From NCBI GenBank assembly GCA_964035545.1, contig OZ037768.1, forward strand, positions 15,013,675 through 15,077,674: 64,000 bases of DNA, written 5' to 3'. Origin of the DNA: Bugula neritina (Eukaryota > Animalia > Bryozoa). Each line of letters begins with the position of its first letter. Positions within the stretch are counted from its first letter, which is position 1. This document shows, in pieces, positions 15,901-33,173 of the stretch. Under the pieces are notes generated by a model. It did not search any database and was not told the DNA's origin. It saw nothing but the letters and a program-made list of their open reading frames with translations. The position numbers and the translations under genes were made by a program.

Positions 15901-18900
15901 TGTAAGATACTGAAATACACTGCAACATACCGCAACATACTGCAACGTGTTGAAATACACTGTAACATATTGAAAAACACTGCAACACATTGAAATATAC
16001 TGCAACATACTGAAACATACGGCAACATACTGAAATATACTGCGACACATTGAAATATAGTGCAACATACTGAAATATGCTGTAGCATACTGAAATACAC
16101 TGCAATACACTGAAGTATACTGTAATATACAGATTCGTACTGTAACATACTGAAACATACGGCAACATACTAAAATATACTGCGACACATTGAAAGATAC
16201 TGCAACATACTGAAATACACCGTAACATACTAAACTCCACTGCGACATTTTGAAATACACTGTAACACATTAAAATACACTGCAACACATTGAATTATAC
16301 TGAAATACATTGTAGGATACTGAAATACACTGCAAGATATTGCAACATAATGGAATATATGGTAACCTACTGAAATATGTTGAAAACTACTGAAATATAC
16401 TGCAACATAATGCAACATAATGAAAGATACTGCAACATACTGATATAAACTGCAAGATACTGCAACATACTGAAATACACTGCAACACACTGAAGTATAC
16501 TGTAATATACAGAAATGTACTGTAAAATACTGAAATATACTTCAACATACTGAAACCTACCTAAAAATATTGAAACATACTGATATACACTGAAACATAC
16601 TGAAATAGACTGCAACACATTGGAATATACTGCAACATACTGAAATATATGGTAACCTACTGAAGTATGTTGCAAACAACTGAAATATACTGCGACATAC
16701 TGAAATACACTGTAACGTACTGAAATACACTGCAACATACTGAAATACACTGTAACATATTAAAATACACTGCAACACACTGAAATATACTGAAACATAC
16801 TGAAATATATGGTAACCCACTGAAATCTGTTGCAAACCACTGAAATATACTGCAACATACTGCAACATAATGAATAATACTGCAACATACTGAAAAATAC
16901 TGCAAGATACTGCAACATACTGATACACATTGTAAGATACTGAAATACACTGCAAAATACCGCAACATACTGCAACGTATTGAAATACACTGTAACATAT
17001 TGAAAAACACTGCAACACATTGAAATATACTGCAACATACTGAAACATACGGCAACATACTGAAATACACTGTAACGTACTGAAATACACTGCAACATAC
17101 TGAAATACACTGTAACATATTAAAATACACTGCAACACACTGAAATATACTGAAACATACCGAAATATATGGTAACCCACTGAAATATGTTGCAAACCAC
17201 TGAAATATACTGCAACATACTGCAACATAATGAAGTATACTGCAACAGACTGAAATATACTGCAACATACTGAAATACACTGTAACATATTGAAATACAC
17301 TGCAACACACTGAAATATACTGAAACATACCGAAATATATGGTAACCTACTGAAATATGTTGCAAACCACTGAAACATACTGCATCATCCTGCAACAAAA
17401 TGAAGTATACGGTAACACTGAAGCATACTGCAACATACTGTAACATACTAAGACATACTGCAACATACCGAAAAATATGGTAACCTACTGAAATATGTTA
17501 CAAACTATTGAAATATACTGCAGCATACCGCAACATAATGAAATATACTGCAACATACTGAAAGATACTGCAACATACTGAAATACACTATAGAATACCG
17601 AAATATACTGCAACATACTGAAATATACTGCAAGATACTGCAAAATACTGAAATACATTGTAAGATACCTAAATACACTGCAACATACTGCAACATACTG
17701 CAACATATTGAAATACACTGTAACATATTGAAAAACACTGCAACACATTGAAATATACCGCAACATACCGAAGTATATGGTAGCCTACTGAAATATACTG
17801 CGACACATTGAGATATAGTGCAACATACTGAAATATGCTGTAGCATACTGAAATACACTGCAATACACTGAAGTATACTGTAATATACAGAAACGTACTG
17901 TAACATACTGAAACATACGGCAACATACTACAATATACTGTGACACATTGAAGTATACTGCAACATACTGAAATACACCGTAACATACTGAAATACGCTG
18001 CAACATACTGAAATACACTGTCACGTATTAAAATACACTGCAACACACTGAAATATACTGAAACATACCGAAATATATGGTAACCTACTGAAATATGTTG
18101 CAAACCACTGAAACATACTGCATCATCCTGCAACAAAATGAAATATACGGTAACACTGAAGCATACTGCAATATACTGAAATATACTGTAACGTACTAAG
18201 ACATACTGCAATATACCGAAAAATATGGTAACCTACTGAAATATGTTACAAACTACTGAAACATACTGCAACATACTGCAACATAATGAAATATACTGCA
18301 ACATAATGAAATATACTGCAACATACTGAAAGATACTGCAAGTTACTGCAAAATACTGAAATACATTGTAAGATACCTAAATACACTGCAACATACTGCA
18401 ACATACTGCAACATATTGAAATACACGGTAACATATTGAAAAACACTGCAACACATTGAAATATACCGCAACATACCGAAGTATATGGTAGCCTACTGAA
18501 ATATGCTGCGACATACTGAAATACACTGTAACGTACTGAAATACACTGCAACATACTGAAATACACTGTAACATATTAAAATACACTGCAACACACTGAA
18601 ATATACTGAAACATACCGAAATATATGGTAACCCACTGAAATATGTTGCAAACCACTGAAATATACTGCAACATACTGCAACATAATGAAGTATACTGCA
18701 ACAGACTGAAATATACTGCAACATACTGAAATACACTGTAACATATTGAAATACACTGCAACACACTGAAATATACTGAAACATACCGAAATATATGGTA
18801 ACCTACTGAAATATGTTGCAAACCACTGAAACATACTGCATCATCCTGCAACAAAATGAAGTATACGGTAACACTGAAGCATACTGCAACATACTGTAAC

Positions 18901-21900
18901 ATACTAAGACATACTGCAACATACCGAAAAATATGGCAACCTACTGAAATATGTTACAAACTATTGAAATATACTGCAGCATACTGCAACATGATGAAAT
19001 ATACTGCAACATACTGAAAGATACTGCAACATACTGAAATACACTATAGAATACCGAAATATACTGCAACATACTGAAATATACTGCAAGATACTGCAAA
19101 ATACTGAAATACATTGTAAGATACCTAAATACACTGCAACATACTGCAACATACTGCAACATATTGAAATACACTGTAACATATTGAAAAACACTGCAAC
19201 ACATTGAAATATACCGCAACATACCGAAGTATATGGTAGTCTACTGAAATATACTGCGACATACTGAAATACACTGTAACGTACTAAAATACACTGCAAC
19301 ATACTGAAATACACTGTAACATATTAAAATACACTGCAACACACTGAAATATACTGAAACATACCGAAATATATGGTAACCCACTGAAATATGTTGCAAA
19401 CCACTGAAATATACTGCAACATACTGCAACATAATGAAGTATACTACAACAGACTGAAATATACGGCAAGAAACTGCAACACACTGAAATACACTGTAAC
19501 ATACTGAAGTACACTGCAACATACTGAAATATACTGCATGATACTGCAACATACTGATACACATTGTAAGATACTGAAATACACTGCAACATACCGCAAC
19601 ATACTGCAACGTATTGAAAAACACTGTAACATATTGAAAAACACTGCAACACATTGAAATATACTGCAACATACTGAAACATACGGCAACATACTGAAAT
19701 GTACTGCGACACATTGAAATATAGTGCAACATACTGAAATATGCTGTAGCATACTGAAATACACTGCAATACACTGAAGTATACTGTAATATACAGATTC
19801 GTACTGTAACATACTGAAACATACGGCAACATACTAAAATATACTGCGACACATTGAAAGATACTGCAACATACTGAAATACACCGTAACATACTAAACT
19901 CCACTGCGACATTTTGAAATACACTGTAACACATTAAAATACACTGCAACACATTGAATTATACTGAAATACATTGTAGGATACTGAAATACACTGCAAA
20001 ATATTGCAACATAATGGAATATATGGTAACCTACTGAAATATGTTGAAAACTACTGAAATATACTGCAACATAATGCAACATAATGAAAGATACTGCAAC
20101 ATACTGATATAAACTGCAAGATACTGCAACATACTGAAATACACTGCAACACACTGAAGTATACTGTAATATACAGAAATGTACTGTAAAATACTGAAAT
20201 ATACTTCAACATACTGAAAACTACCTAAAAATATTGAAACATACTGATATACACTGAAACATACTGAAATACACTGCAACACATTGGAATATACTGCAAC
20301 ATACTGAAATATATGGTAACCTACTGAAGTATGTTGCAAACAACTGAAATATACTGCGACATACTGAAATACACTGTAACGTACTGAAATACACTGCAAC
20401 ATACTGAAATACACTGTAACATATTAAAATACACTGCAACACACTGAAATATACTGAAACATACTGAAATATATGGTAACCCACTGAAATCTGTTGCAAA
20501 CCACTGAAATATACTGCAACATACTGCAACATAATGAATAATACTGCAACATACTGAAAAATACTGCAAGATACTGCAACATACTGATACACATTGTAAG
20601 ATACTGAAATACACTGCAAAATACCGCAACATACTGCAACGTATTGAAATACACTGTAACATATTGAAAAACACTGCAACACATTGAAATATACTGCAAC
20701 ATACTGAAACATACGGCAACATACTGAAATATACTGCGACACATTGAAATATAGTGCAACATACTGAAATATGCTGTAGCATACTGAAATACACTGCAAT
20801 ACACTGAAATATACTGTAATATACAGATTCGTACTGTAACATACTGAAACATACGGCAACATACTAAAATATACTGCGACACATTGAAATATACTGCAAC
20901 ATACTGAAATACACCGTAACATACTGAAATACACTGCAACATACTGAAATACACTGTAACATATTGAAATACACTGCAACACACTGAAATATACTGAAAC
21001 ATACCGAAATATATGGTAACCTACTGAAATATGTTGCAAACCACTAAAACATACTGCATCATCCTGCAACAAAATGAAATTTACGGTAACACTGAAGCAT
21101 ACTGCAATATACTGAAATATACTGTAACATACTAAGACATACTGCAACATACCGAAAAATATGGTAACCTACTGAAATATGTTACAAACTATTGAAATAT
21201 ACTGCAGCATACTGCAACATAATGAAATATACTGCAACATACTGAAAGATACTGCAACATACTGAAATACACTATAGAATACCGAAATATACTGCAACAT
21301 ACTGAAATATACTGCAAGATACTGCAAAATACTGAAATACATTGTAAGATACCTAAATACACTGCAACATACTGCAACATACTGCAACATATTGAAATAC
21401 ACTGTAACATATTGAAAAACACTGCAACACATTGAAATATACTGCAACATACTGAAATACACCGTAACATACTAAACTCCACTGCGACATTTTGAAATAC
21501 ACTGTAACACATTAAAATACACTGCAACACATTGAATTATAGTGCAACATACTGAAATATGCTGTAGCATACTGAAATACACTGCAATACACTGAAATAT
21601 ACCGCAATATACCGAAGTATATGGTAGCCTACTGAAATATACTGCGACATACTGAAATACACTGTAACGTACTGAAATACACTGCAACATACTGAAATAC
21701 ACTGTAACATATTAAAATACACTGCAACACACTGAAATATACTGAAACATACTGAAGTATATGGTAACCCACTGAAATCTGTTGCAAAACACTGAAACAT
21801 ACTGCAACACACCGCAACATAATGAAATATACTGCAACATAATGAAATATACTGCAACATACTGAAAGATACTGCAAGTTACTGCAAAATACTGAAATAC

Positions 21901-24900
21901 ATTGTAAGATACCTAAATACACTGCAACATACTGCAACATACTGCAACATATTGAAATACACTGTAACATATTGAAAAACACTGCAACACATTGAAATAT
22001 ACTGCAACATACTAAAACATACGGCAACATTCTGAAATACACTGTAACACATTGAAATACACTGCAACACAGTGAATTACACTGAAATACATTGTAAGAT
22101 ACGGAAACACACTGCAACATACTGCAACATAATGAAATATATGGTAACCTACTGAAATATGTTGAAAACTACTGAAATATACTGCAACATTATGCAACAT
22201 AATGAAAGATACTGCAATATACTGAAATAAACTGCAAGATACTGCAACATACTGAAATACACTGTAACATACTGAAATACACTGTAACATATTGAAATAC
22301 ACTGCGACATACTGCAACATACTGAAAAACGCTGTAACATATTGAAATACACTGCAAGACATTGAAATATTCCGCAACATACCGAAATATATGGTAACCT
22401 AATGAGATATACTGTAACACGTTGAAGTACACTGCAACATACTGAAATACACTGCAACACACTAAATTATACTGTAATTTACAGAAATGTACTGCAACAT
22501 ACTGGAATATACTGCAAGATACTGCAACATACTGAAATACACCGTAACATACTGAAGTACACTGCAACATACTGAAATACACTGTAACATATTGAAATAC
22601 ACTGCAACACACTGAAATATACTGAAACATACCGAAATATATGGTAACCTACTGAAATATGTTGCAAACCACTGAAACATACTGCATCATCCTGCAACAA
22701 AATGAAATATACGGTAACACTGAAGCATACTGCAATATACTGAAATATACTGTAACATACTAAGACATACTGCAACATACCGAAAAATATGGTAACCTAC
22801 TGAAATATGTTACAAACTACTGAAACATACTGCAACATACTGCAACATAATGAAATATACTGCAACATAATGAAATATACTGCAACATACTGAAAGATAC
22901 TGCAAGTTACTGCAAAACACTGAAATACATTGTAAGATACCTAAATACACTGCAACATACTGCAACATACTGCAACGTATTGAAATACACTGTAACATAT
23001 TGAAGAACACTGCAACACGTTGAAATATACTGTAACATACTAAAACATACGGCAACATTCTGAATTACACTGTAACACATTGAAATACACTGCAACACAG
23101 TGAATTACACTGAAATACATTGTAAGATACGGAAACACACTGCAACATACTGCAACATAATGAAATATATGGTAACCTACTGAAATATGTTGAAAACTAC
23201 TGAAATATACTGCAACATTATGCAACATAATGAAAGATACTGCAATATACTGAAATAAACTGCAAGATACTGCAACATACTGAAATACACTGTAACATTC
23301 TGAAATACACTGTAACATATTGAAGAACACTGCAACACGTTGAAATATACTGCAACATACTAAAACATACGGCAACATACTGAAATATACTGCGACACAT
23401 TGAAATATAGTGCAACATACTGAAATATGCTGTAGCATACTGAAATACACTGCAATACACTGAAGTATACTGTAATATACAGAAACGTACTGTAACATAC
23501 TGAAACATACGGCAACATACTAAAATATACTGCGACACATTGAAACATACTGCAACATACTGAAATACACCAAAACATACTAAACTCCCCTGCAACATTC
23601 TGAAATACACTGTAACACATTGAAATACACTGCAACACAGTGAATTACACTGAAATACATTGTAAGATACGGAAACACACTGCAACATACTGCAACATAA
23701 TGAAATATATGGTAACCTACTGAAATATGTTGAAAACTACTGAAATATACTGCAACATTATGCAACATAGTGAAAGATACTGCAATATACTGAAATAAAC
23801 TGCAAGATACTGCAACATACTGAAATACACTGTAACATACTGAAATACACTCTAACATATTAAATACACTGCGACATACTGCAACATACTGAAAAACGCT
23901 GTAACATATTGAAATACACTGCAAGACATTGAAATATTCCGCAACATACCGAAATATATGGTAACCTAATGAGATATACTGTAACACGTTGAAGTACACT
24001 GCAACATAGTGAAATACACCGTAACATACTGAAATACACTGCAACATACTGAATTACACTGTCACATATTGAAATACACTGCAACATACTGAAGTATACT
24101 GCAACATACTGAATTACACTGTAACATACTGCAATACACTGCAACATACTGAAATATACTGCATGATACTGCAACATACTCATACACATTGTAAGATACT
24201 GAAATACACTGCAACATACCGCAACATACTGCAACGTATTGAAATACACTGTAACATATTGAAAAACACTGCAACACATTGAAATATACTGCAACATACT
24301 GAAACATACGGCAACATACTGAAATGTACTGCGACACATTGAACTATAGTGCAACATACTGAAATATGCTGTAGCATACTGAAATACACTGCAATACACT
24401 GAAGTATACTGTAATATACAGAAACGTACTGTAACATACTAAAACATACGGCAACATACTACAATATACTGTGACACATTGAAGTATACTGCAACATACT
24501 GAAATACACCGTAACATACTGAAATACACTGCAACATACTGAATTACACTGTCACATATTGAAATACACTGCAACACACTGAAATATACTGAAACATACC
24601 GAAATATATGGTAACCTACTGAAATATGTTGCAAACCACTAAAACATACTGCGTCATCCTGCAACAAAATGAAATTTACGGTAACACTGAAGCATACTGC
24701 AATATACTGAAATATACTGTAACATACTAAGACATACTGCAACATACCGAAAAATATGGTAACCTACTGAAATATGTTACAAACTACTGAAACATACTGC
24801 AACATACTGCAACATAATGAAATATACTGCAACATGCTGCGAGATACTGCAAAATACTGAAATACATTGTAAGATACCTAAATACACTGCAACATACTGC

Positions 24901-27900
24901 AACATACTGCAACATATTGAAATACACTGTAACATATTGAAAAACACTGCAACACATTGAAATATACCGCAACATACCGAAGTATATGGTAGCCTACTGA
25001 AATATACTGCGACATACTGAAATACACTGTAACGTACTGAAATACACTGCAACATACTGAAATACACTGTAACATATTAAAATACACTGCAACACACTGA
25101 AATATACTGAAACATACTGAAGTATATGGTAACCCACTGAAATCTGTTGCAAACCACTGAAACATACTGCAACACACTGCACCATAATGAAATATACTGC
25201 AACATAATGAAATATACTGCAACATACTGAAAGATACTGCAAGTTACTGCAAAATACTGAAATACATTGTAAGATACCTAAATACACTGCAACATACTGC
25301 AACATACTGCAACGTATTGAAATACACTGTAACATATTGAAGAACACTGCAACACGTTGAAATATACTGTAACATACTAAAACATACGGCAACATTCTGA
25401 AATACACTGTAACACATTGAAATACACTGCAACACAGTGAATTACATTGAAATACATTGTAAGATACGGAAACACACTGCAACATACTGCAACATAATGA
25501 AATATATGGTAACCTACTGAAATATGTTGAAAACTACTGAAATATACTGCAACATTATGCAACATAATGAAAGATACTGCAATATACTGAAATAAACTGC
25601 AAGATACTGCAACATACTGAAATACACCGTAACATACTGAAATACACTGTAACATATTGAAATACACTGCGACATACTGCAACATACTGAAAAACGCTGT
25701 AACATATTGAAATACACTGCAAGACATTGAAATATTCCGCAACATACCGAAATATATGGTAACCTAATGAGATATACTGTAACAAGTTGAAGTACACTGC
25801 AACATACTGAAATACACTGCAACACACTAAATTATACTGTAATTTACAGAAATGTACTGCAACATACTGGAATATACTGCAAGATACTGCAACATACTGA
25901 AATACACTGTAACATACTGCAATACACTGCAACATACTGAAATATACTGCATGATACTGCAACATACTGATACACATTGTAAGATACTGAAATGCACTGC
26001 AACATACTGAAATATACTGCATGATACTGCAACATACTCATACACATTGTAAGATACTGAAATACACTGCAACATACCGCAACATACTGCAACGTATTGA
26101 AATACACTGTAACATATTGAAAAACACTGCAACACATTGAAATATACTGCAACATACTGAAACATACGGCAACATACTGAAATGTACTGCGACACATTGA
26201 AATATAGTGCAACATACTGAAATATGCTGTAGCATACTGAAATACACTGCAATACACTGAAGTATACTGTAATATACAGAAACGTACGTAGCATACTGAA
26301 ACATACGGCAACATACTACAATACACTGTGACACATTGAAGTATACTGCAACATACTGAAATACACCGTAACATACTGAAATACACTGCAACATACTGAA
26401 ATACACTGTCACATATTGAAATACACTGCAACACACTGAAATATACTGAAACATACCGAAATATATGGTAACCTACTGAAATATGTTGCAAACCACTAAA
26501 ACATACTGCATCATCCTGCAACAAAATGAAATTTATGGTAACACTGAAGCATACTGCAATATACTGAAATATACTGTAACATACTAAGACATACTGCAAC
26601 ATACCGAAAAATATGGTAACCTACGGAAATATGTTACAAACTACTGAAACATACTGCAACATACTGCAACATAATGAAATATACTGCAACATACTGAAAG
26701 ATACTGCAACTTACTGAAATACACTATAGAATACCCAAATATACTGCAACATACTGAAATATACTGCAAGATACTGCAAAATACTGAAATACATTGTAAA
26801 ATACCTAAATACACTGCAACATACTGCAACATACTGCAACATATTGAAATACACTGTAACATATTGAAAAACACTGCAACACATTGAAATATACCGCAAC
26901 ATACCGAAGTATATGGTAGCCTACTGAAATATACTGCGACATACTGAAATACACTGTAACGTACTGAAATACACTGCAACATACTGAAATACACTGTAAC
27001 ATATTAAAATACACTGCAACACACTGAAATATACTGAAACATACTGAAGTATATGGTAACCCACTGAAATCTGTTGCAAACCACTGAAATATACTGCAAC
27101 ATACTGCAACATAATGAATAATACTGCAACATACTGAAAAATACTGCAAGATACTGCCACATACTGATACACATTGTAAGATACTGAAATACACTGCAAC
27201 ATACCGCAACATACTGCAACGTATTGAAATACACTGTAACATATTGAAGAACACTGCAACTCATTGAAATATACTGCAACATACTGAAACATACGGCAAC
27301 ATACTGAAATATACTGCGACACATTGAAATATAGTGCAACATACTGAAATATGCTGTAGCATACTGAAATACACTGCAATACACTGAAATATACTGTAAT
27401 ATACAGATTCGTACTGTAACATACTGAAACATACGGCAACATACTAAAATATACTGCGACACATTGAAATATACTGCAACATACTGAAATACACCGTAAC
27501 ATACTAAACTCCACTGCAACATTCTGAAATACACTGTAACACATTGAAATACACTGCAACACAGGGAATTATACTGAAATACATTGTAAGATACGGAAAC
27601 ACACTGCAACATACTGTAACATAATGAAATATATGGTAACCTACTGAAATATGTTGAAAACTACTGAAATATACTGCAACATTATGCAACATAATGAAAG
27701 ATACTGCAATATACTGAAATAAACTGCAAGATACTGCAACATACTGAAATACACTGTAACATACTGAAATACACTGTAACATATTGAAATACACTGCGAC
27801 ATACTGCAACATACTGAAAAACGCTGTAACATATTGAAATACACTGCAACACATTGAGATATTCCGCAACATACCGAAATATATGGTAAGCTAATGAGAT

Positions 27901-30900
27901 ATACTGTAACACGTTGAAGTACACTGCAACATACTGAAATACACTGCAACACACTAAATTATGCTGTAATTTACAGAAATGTACTGCAACATACTGAAAT
28001 ATACTGCAAGATACTGCAACATACTGAAATACACTGTAACATACTGAAATACACTGCAACATACTGAAACATACGGCAACATACTGAAATATACTGTGAC
28101 ACATTGAAATATAGTGCAACATACTGAAATATGCTGTAGCATACTGAAATACACTGCAATACACCGAAGTATACTGTAATATACAGAAACGTACTGTAAC
28201 ATACTGAAACATACGGCAACATACTAAAATATACTGCGACATATTGAAATCTACTGCAGCATATTGAAATACACCGTAACATACTAAACTCCACTGCAAC
28301 ATTTTGAAATACACTGTAACACATTGAAATACACTGCAACACATTGAATTATACTGAAATACATTGTAAGATACTGAAATACACTGCAAGATACTGCAAC
28401 ATAATGGAATATAAGGTAACCTACTGAAATATGTTGAAAACTACTGAAATATACTGCAACATAATGCAACATAATGAAAGATACTGCAACATACTAAAAT
28501 AAACTGCAAGATACTGCAACATACTGAAATACACTGCAACACACTGAAGTATACTGTAATATACAGAAATGTACTGTAAAATACTGAAATATACTTCAAC
28601 ATACTGAAAAATACCTAAAAATATTGAACATACTGATATACACTGAAACATACTGAAATACAATGCAACACATTGGAATATACTGCAACATACCGAAACA
28701 TACGGCAACATACTGAAATGTACTGCGACACATTGAAATATAGTGCAACATACTGAAATATGCTGTAGCATACTGAAATACACTGCAATACACTGAAGTA
28801 TACTGTAATATACAGAAACGTACTGTAACATACTGAAACATACGGCAACATACTACAATATACTGTGACACATTGAAGTATACTGCAACATACTGAAATA
28901 CACCGTAACATACTGAAATACACTGCAACATACTGAAATACACTGTCACATATTGAAATACACTGCAACACACTGAAATATACTGAACCATACCGAAATA
29001 TATGGTAACCTACTGAAGTATGTTGCAAACTACTGAAATATACTGCAACATACTGAAATACGCCGTAACATACTGAAATACACTGCAACATACTGAAATA
29101 CACTGTAACAAATTGAAATACACTGCAACACACTGAAATATACTGAAACATACCGAAATATAAGGTAACCTACTGAAATATGTTGCAAACCACTGAAACA
29201 TACTGCATAATCCTGCAACAAAATGAAATAAACGGTAACACTGAAGCATACTGCAATATACTGAAATATACTGTAACATACTAAGACATACTGCAACATA
29301 CCGAAATATATGGTAACCTACTGAAATATGTTGCAAACGACTGAAATATACTGCCACATACTGCAACATATTGAAGTATACTGCAACATACTGAAATATA
29401 CTGCAAGATACTGCAACATACTGAAATACACTGTAACATACTGAAATACACTGCAACATACTGAAATATACTGCAAGATACTGCAACATACTGAAACACA
29501 TTGAAATATACTGCAACATACTGAAACATACAGCAACATACTGAAATGTACTGCGACACATTGAAATATAGTGCAACATACTGAAATATGCTGTAGCATA
29601 CTGAAATACACTGCAATACACTGAAGTACACTGTAATATACAGAATTGTACTGTAACTTACTGAAACATACGGTAACATACTAAAATATACTGCGACACA
29701 TTGAAATATACTGCAACATACCGAAATACACCGTAACATACTGAAATACACTGCAACATACTGAAATACACTGTAACATATTGAAATACACTGCAACACA
29801 CTGAAATATACTGAAACATACCGAAATATATGGTAACCTACTGAAATATGTTGCAAACCACTGAAACATACTGCATCATCCTGCAACAAAATGAAATATA
29901 CGGTAACACTGAAGCACACTGCAATTTACTGAAATATACTGTAACATACTAAGACATACTGCAACATACCGAAAAATATGGTAACCTACTGAAATATGTT
30001 ACAAACTACTGAAACATACTGCAACATACTGCAACATAATGAAATATACTGCAACATAATGAAATATACTGCAACATACTGAAAGATACTGCAAGTTACT
30101 GCAAAATACTGAAATACATTGTAAGATACCTAAATACACTGCAACATACTGCAACATACTGCAACGTATTGAAATACACTGTAACATATTGAAAAACACT
30201 GCAACACATTGAAATATACTGCAACATACTAAAACATACGGCAACATACTGAAATATACTGCGACACATTGAAATATAGTGCAACATACTGAAATATGCT
30301 GTAGCATACTGAAATACACTGCAATACACTGAAGTATACTGTAATATACAGAAACGTACTGTAACATACTGAAACATACGGCAACATACTAAAATATACT
30401 GCGACACATTGAAACATACTGCAACATACTGAAATACACCAAAACATACTAAACTCCCCTGCAACATTCTGAAATACACTGTAACACATTGAAATACATT
30501 GCAACACAGTGAATTGCACTGAAATACATTGTAAGATACGGAAACACACTGCAACATACTGCAACATAATGAAATATATGGTAACCTACTGAAATATGTT
30601 GAAAACTACTGAAATATACTGCAACATTATGCAACATAATGAAAGATACTGCAATATACTGAAATAAACTGCAAGATACTGCAACATACTGAAATACACT
30701 GTAACATACTGAAATACACTGTAACATATTGAAATACACTGCGACATACTGCAACATACTGAAAAACCCTGTAACATATTGAAATACACTGCAAGACATT
30801 GAAATATTCCGCAACATACCGAAGTATATGGTAACCTAATGAGATATACTGTAACACGTTGAAGTACACTGCAATATACTGAAATACACTGCAACACACT

Positions 30901-31474
30901 AAATTATACTGCATGATACTGCAACATACTGATACACATTGTAAGATACTGAAATGCACTGCAACATACTGAAATATACTGCATGATACTGCAACATACT
31001 CATACACATTGTAAGATACTGAAATACACTGCAACATACCGCAACATACTGCAACGTATTGAAATACACTGGAACATATTGAAAAACACTGCAACACATT
31101 GAAATATACTGCAACATACTGAAACATACGGCAACATACTGAAATGTACTGCGACACATTGAAATATAATGCAACATACTGAAATATGCTGTAGCATACT
31201 GAATTACACTGCAATACACTGAAGTATACTGTAATATACAGAAACGTACTGTAACATACTGAAACATACGGCAACATACTACAATATACTGTGACACATT
31301 GAAGTATACTGCAACATACTGAAATACACCGTAACATACTGAAATACACTGCAACATACTGAAATACACTGTCACATATTGAAATACACTGCAACACACT
31401 GAAATATACTGAAACATACCGAAATATATGGTAACCTACTGAAATATGTTGCAAACCACTAAAACATACTGCAT

Positions 31475-32653
31475 CATCCTGCAACAAAATGAAATTTACG
31501 GTAACACTGAAGCATACTGCAATATACTGAAATATAGTGTAACATACTAAGACATACTGCAACATACCGAAAAATATGGTAACCTACTGAAATATGTTAC
31601 AAACTACTGAAACATACTGCAACATACTGCAACATAATGAAATATACTACAACATACTGAAAGATACTGCAACTTACTGAAATACACTATAGAATACCCA
31701 AATGTACTGCAACATACTGAAATATACTGCAACATACTGCAAAATACTGAAATACATTGTAAGATACCTAAATACACTGCAACATACTGCAACATACTGC
31801 AACATATTGAAATACACTGTAACATATTGAAAAACACTGCAACACATTGAAATATACCGCAACATACCGAAGTATATGGTAGCCTACTGAAATATACTGC
31901 GACATACTGAAATACACTGTAACGTACTGAAATACACTGCAACATACTGAAATACACTGTAACATATTAAAATACACTGCAACACACTGAAATATACTGA
32001 AACATACTGAAGTATATGGTAACCCACTGAAATCTGTTGCAAACCACTGAAACATACTGCAACATCCTGCAACAAAATGAAATTTACGGTAACACTGAAG
32101 CATACTGCAATATACTGAAACATACTGTAACATACTAAGACATACTGCAACATACCGAAAAATATGGTAACCTACTGAAATATGTTACAAACTACTGAAA
32201 CATACTGCAACATACTGCAACATAATGGAATATACTGCAACATACTGAAAGATACTGCAACTTTTTGAAATACACTATAGAATACCCAAATGTACTGCAA
32301 CATACTGAAATATACTGCAACATACTGCAAAATACTGAAATACATTGTAAGATACCTAAATACACTGCAACATACTGCAACATACTGCAACATATTGAAA
32401 TACACTGTAACATATTGAAAAACACTGCAACACATTGAAATATACCGCAACATACCGAAGTATATGGTAGCCTACTGAAATATACTGCGACATACTGAAA
32501 TACACTGTAACGTACTGAAACACACTGCAACATACTGAAATACACTGTAACATATTAAAATACACTGCAACACACTGAAATATACTGAAACATACTGAAG
32601 TATATGGTAACCCACTGAAATCTGTTGCAAACCACTGAAACATACTGCAACAT
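31475..32653. repeat. Higher-order tandem duplication, 2 x 588 bp
   Basis: ORF twins 31604/32192. Shared variant AGAATACCCAAATGTAC. Chimeric junction GCAACATCCTGC at 32059-32070. Confidence 0.85.
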
Positions 32654-33173
32654 ACTGCAACATAATGAAATATACTGCAACATAATGAAATATACTGCAA
32701 CATACTGAAAGACACTGCAAGTTACTGCAAAATACTGAAATACATTGTAAGATACCTAAATACACTGCAACATACTGCAACATACTGCAACGTTTTGAAA
32801 TACACTGTAACATATTGAAAAACACTGCAACACATTGAAATATACTGCAACATACTAAAACATACGGCAACATACTGAAATATACTGCGACACATTGAAA
32901 TATAGTGCAACATACTGAAATATGCTGTAGCATACTGAAATACACTGCAATACACTGAAGTATACTGTAATATACAGAAACGTACTGTAACATACTGAAA
33001 CATACGGCAACATACTAAAATATACTGCGACACATTGAAACATACTGCAACATACTGAAATACACCAAAACATACTAAACTCCCCTGCAACATTCTGAAA
33101 TACACTGCAACACACTAAATTATACTGTAATTTACAGAAATGTACTGCAACATGCTGGAATATACTGCAAGAT

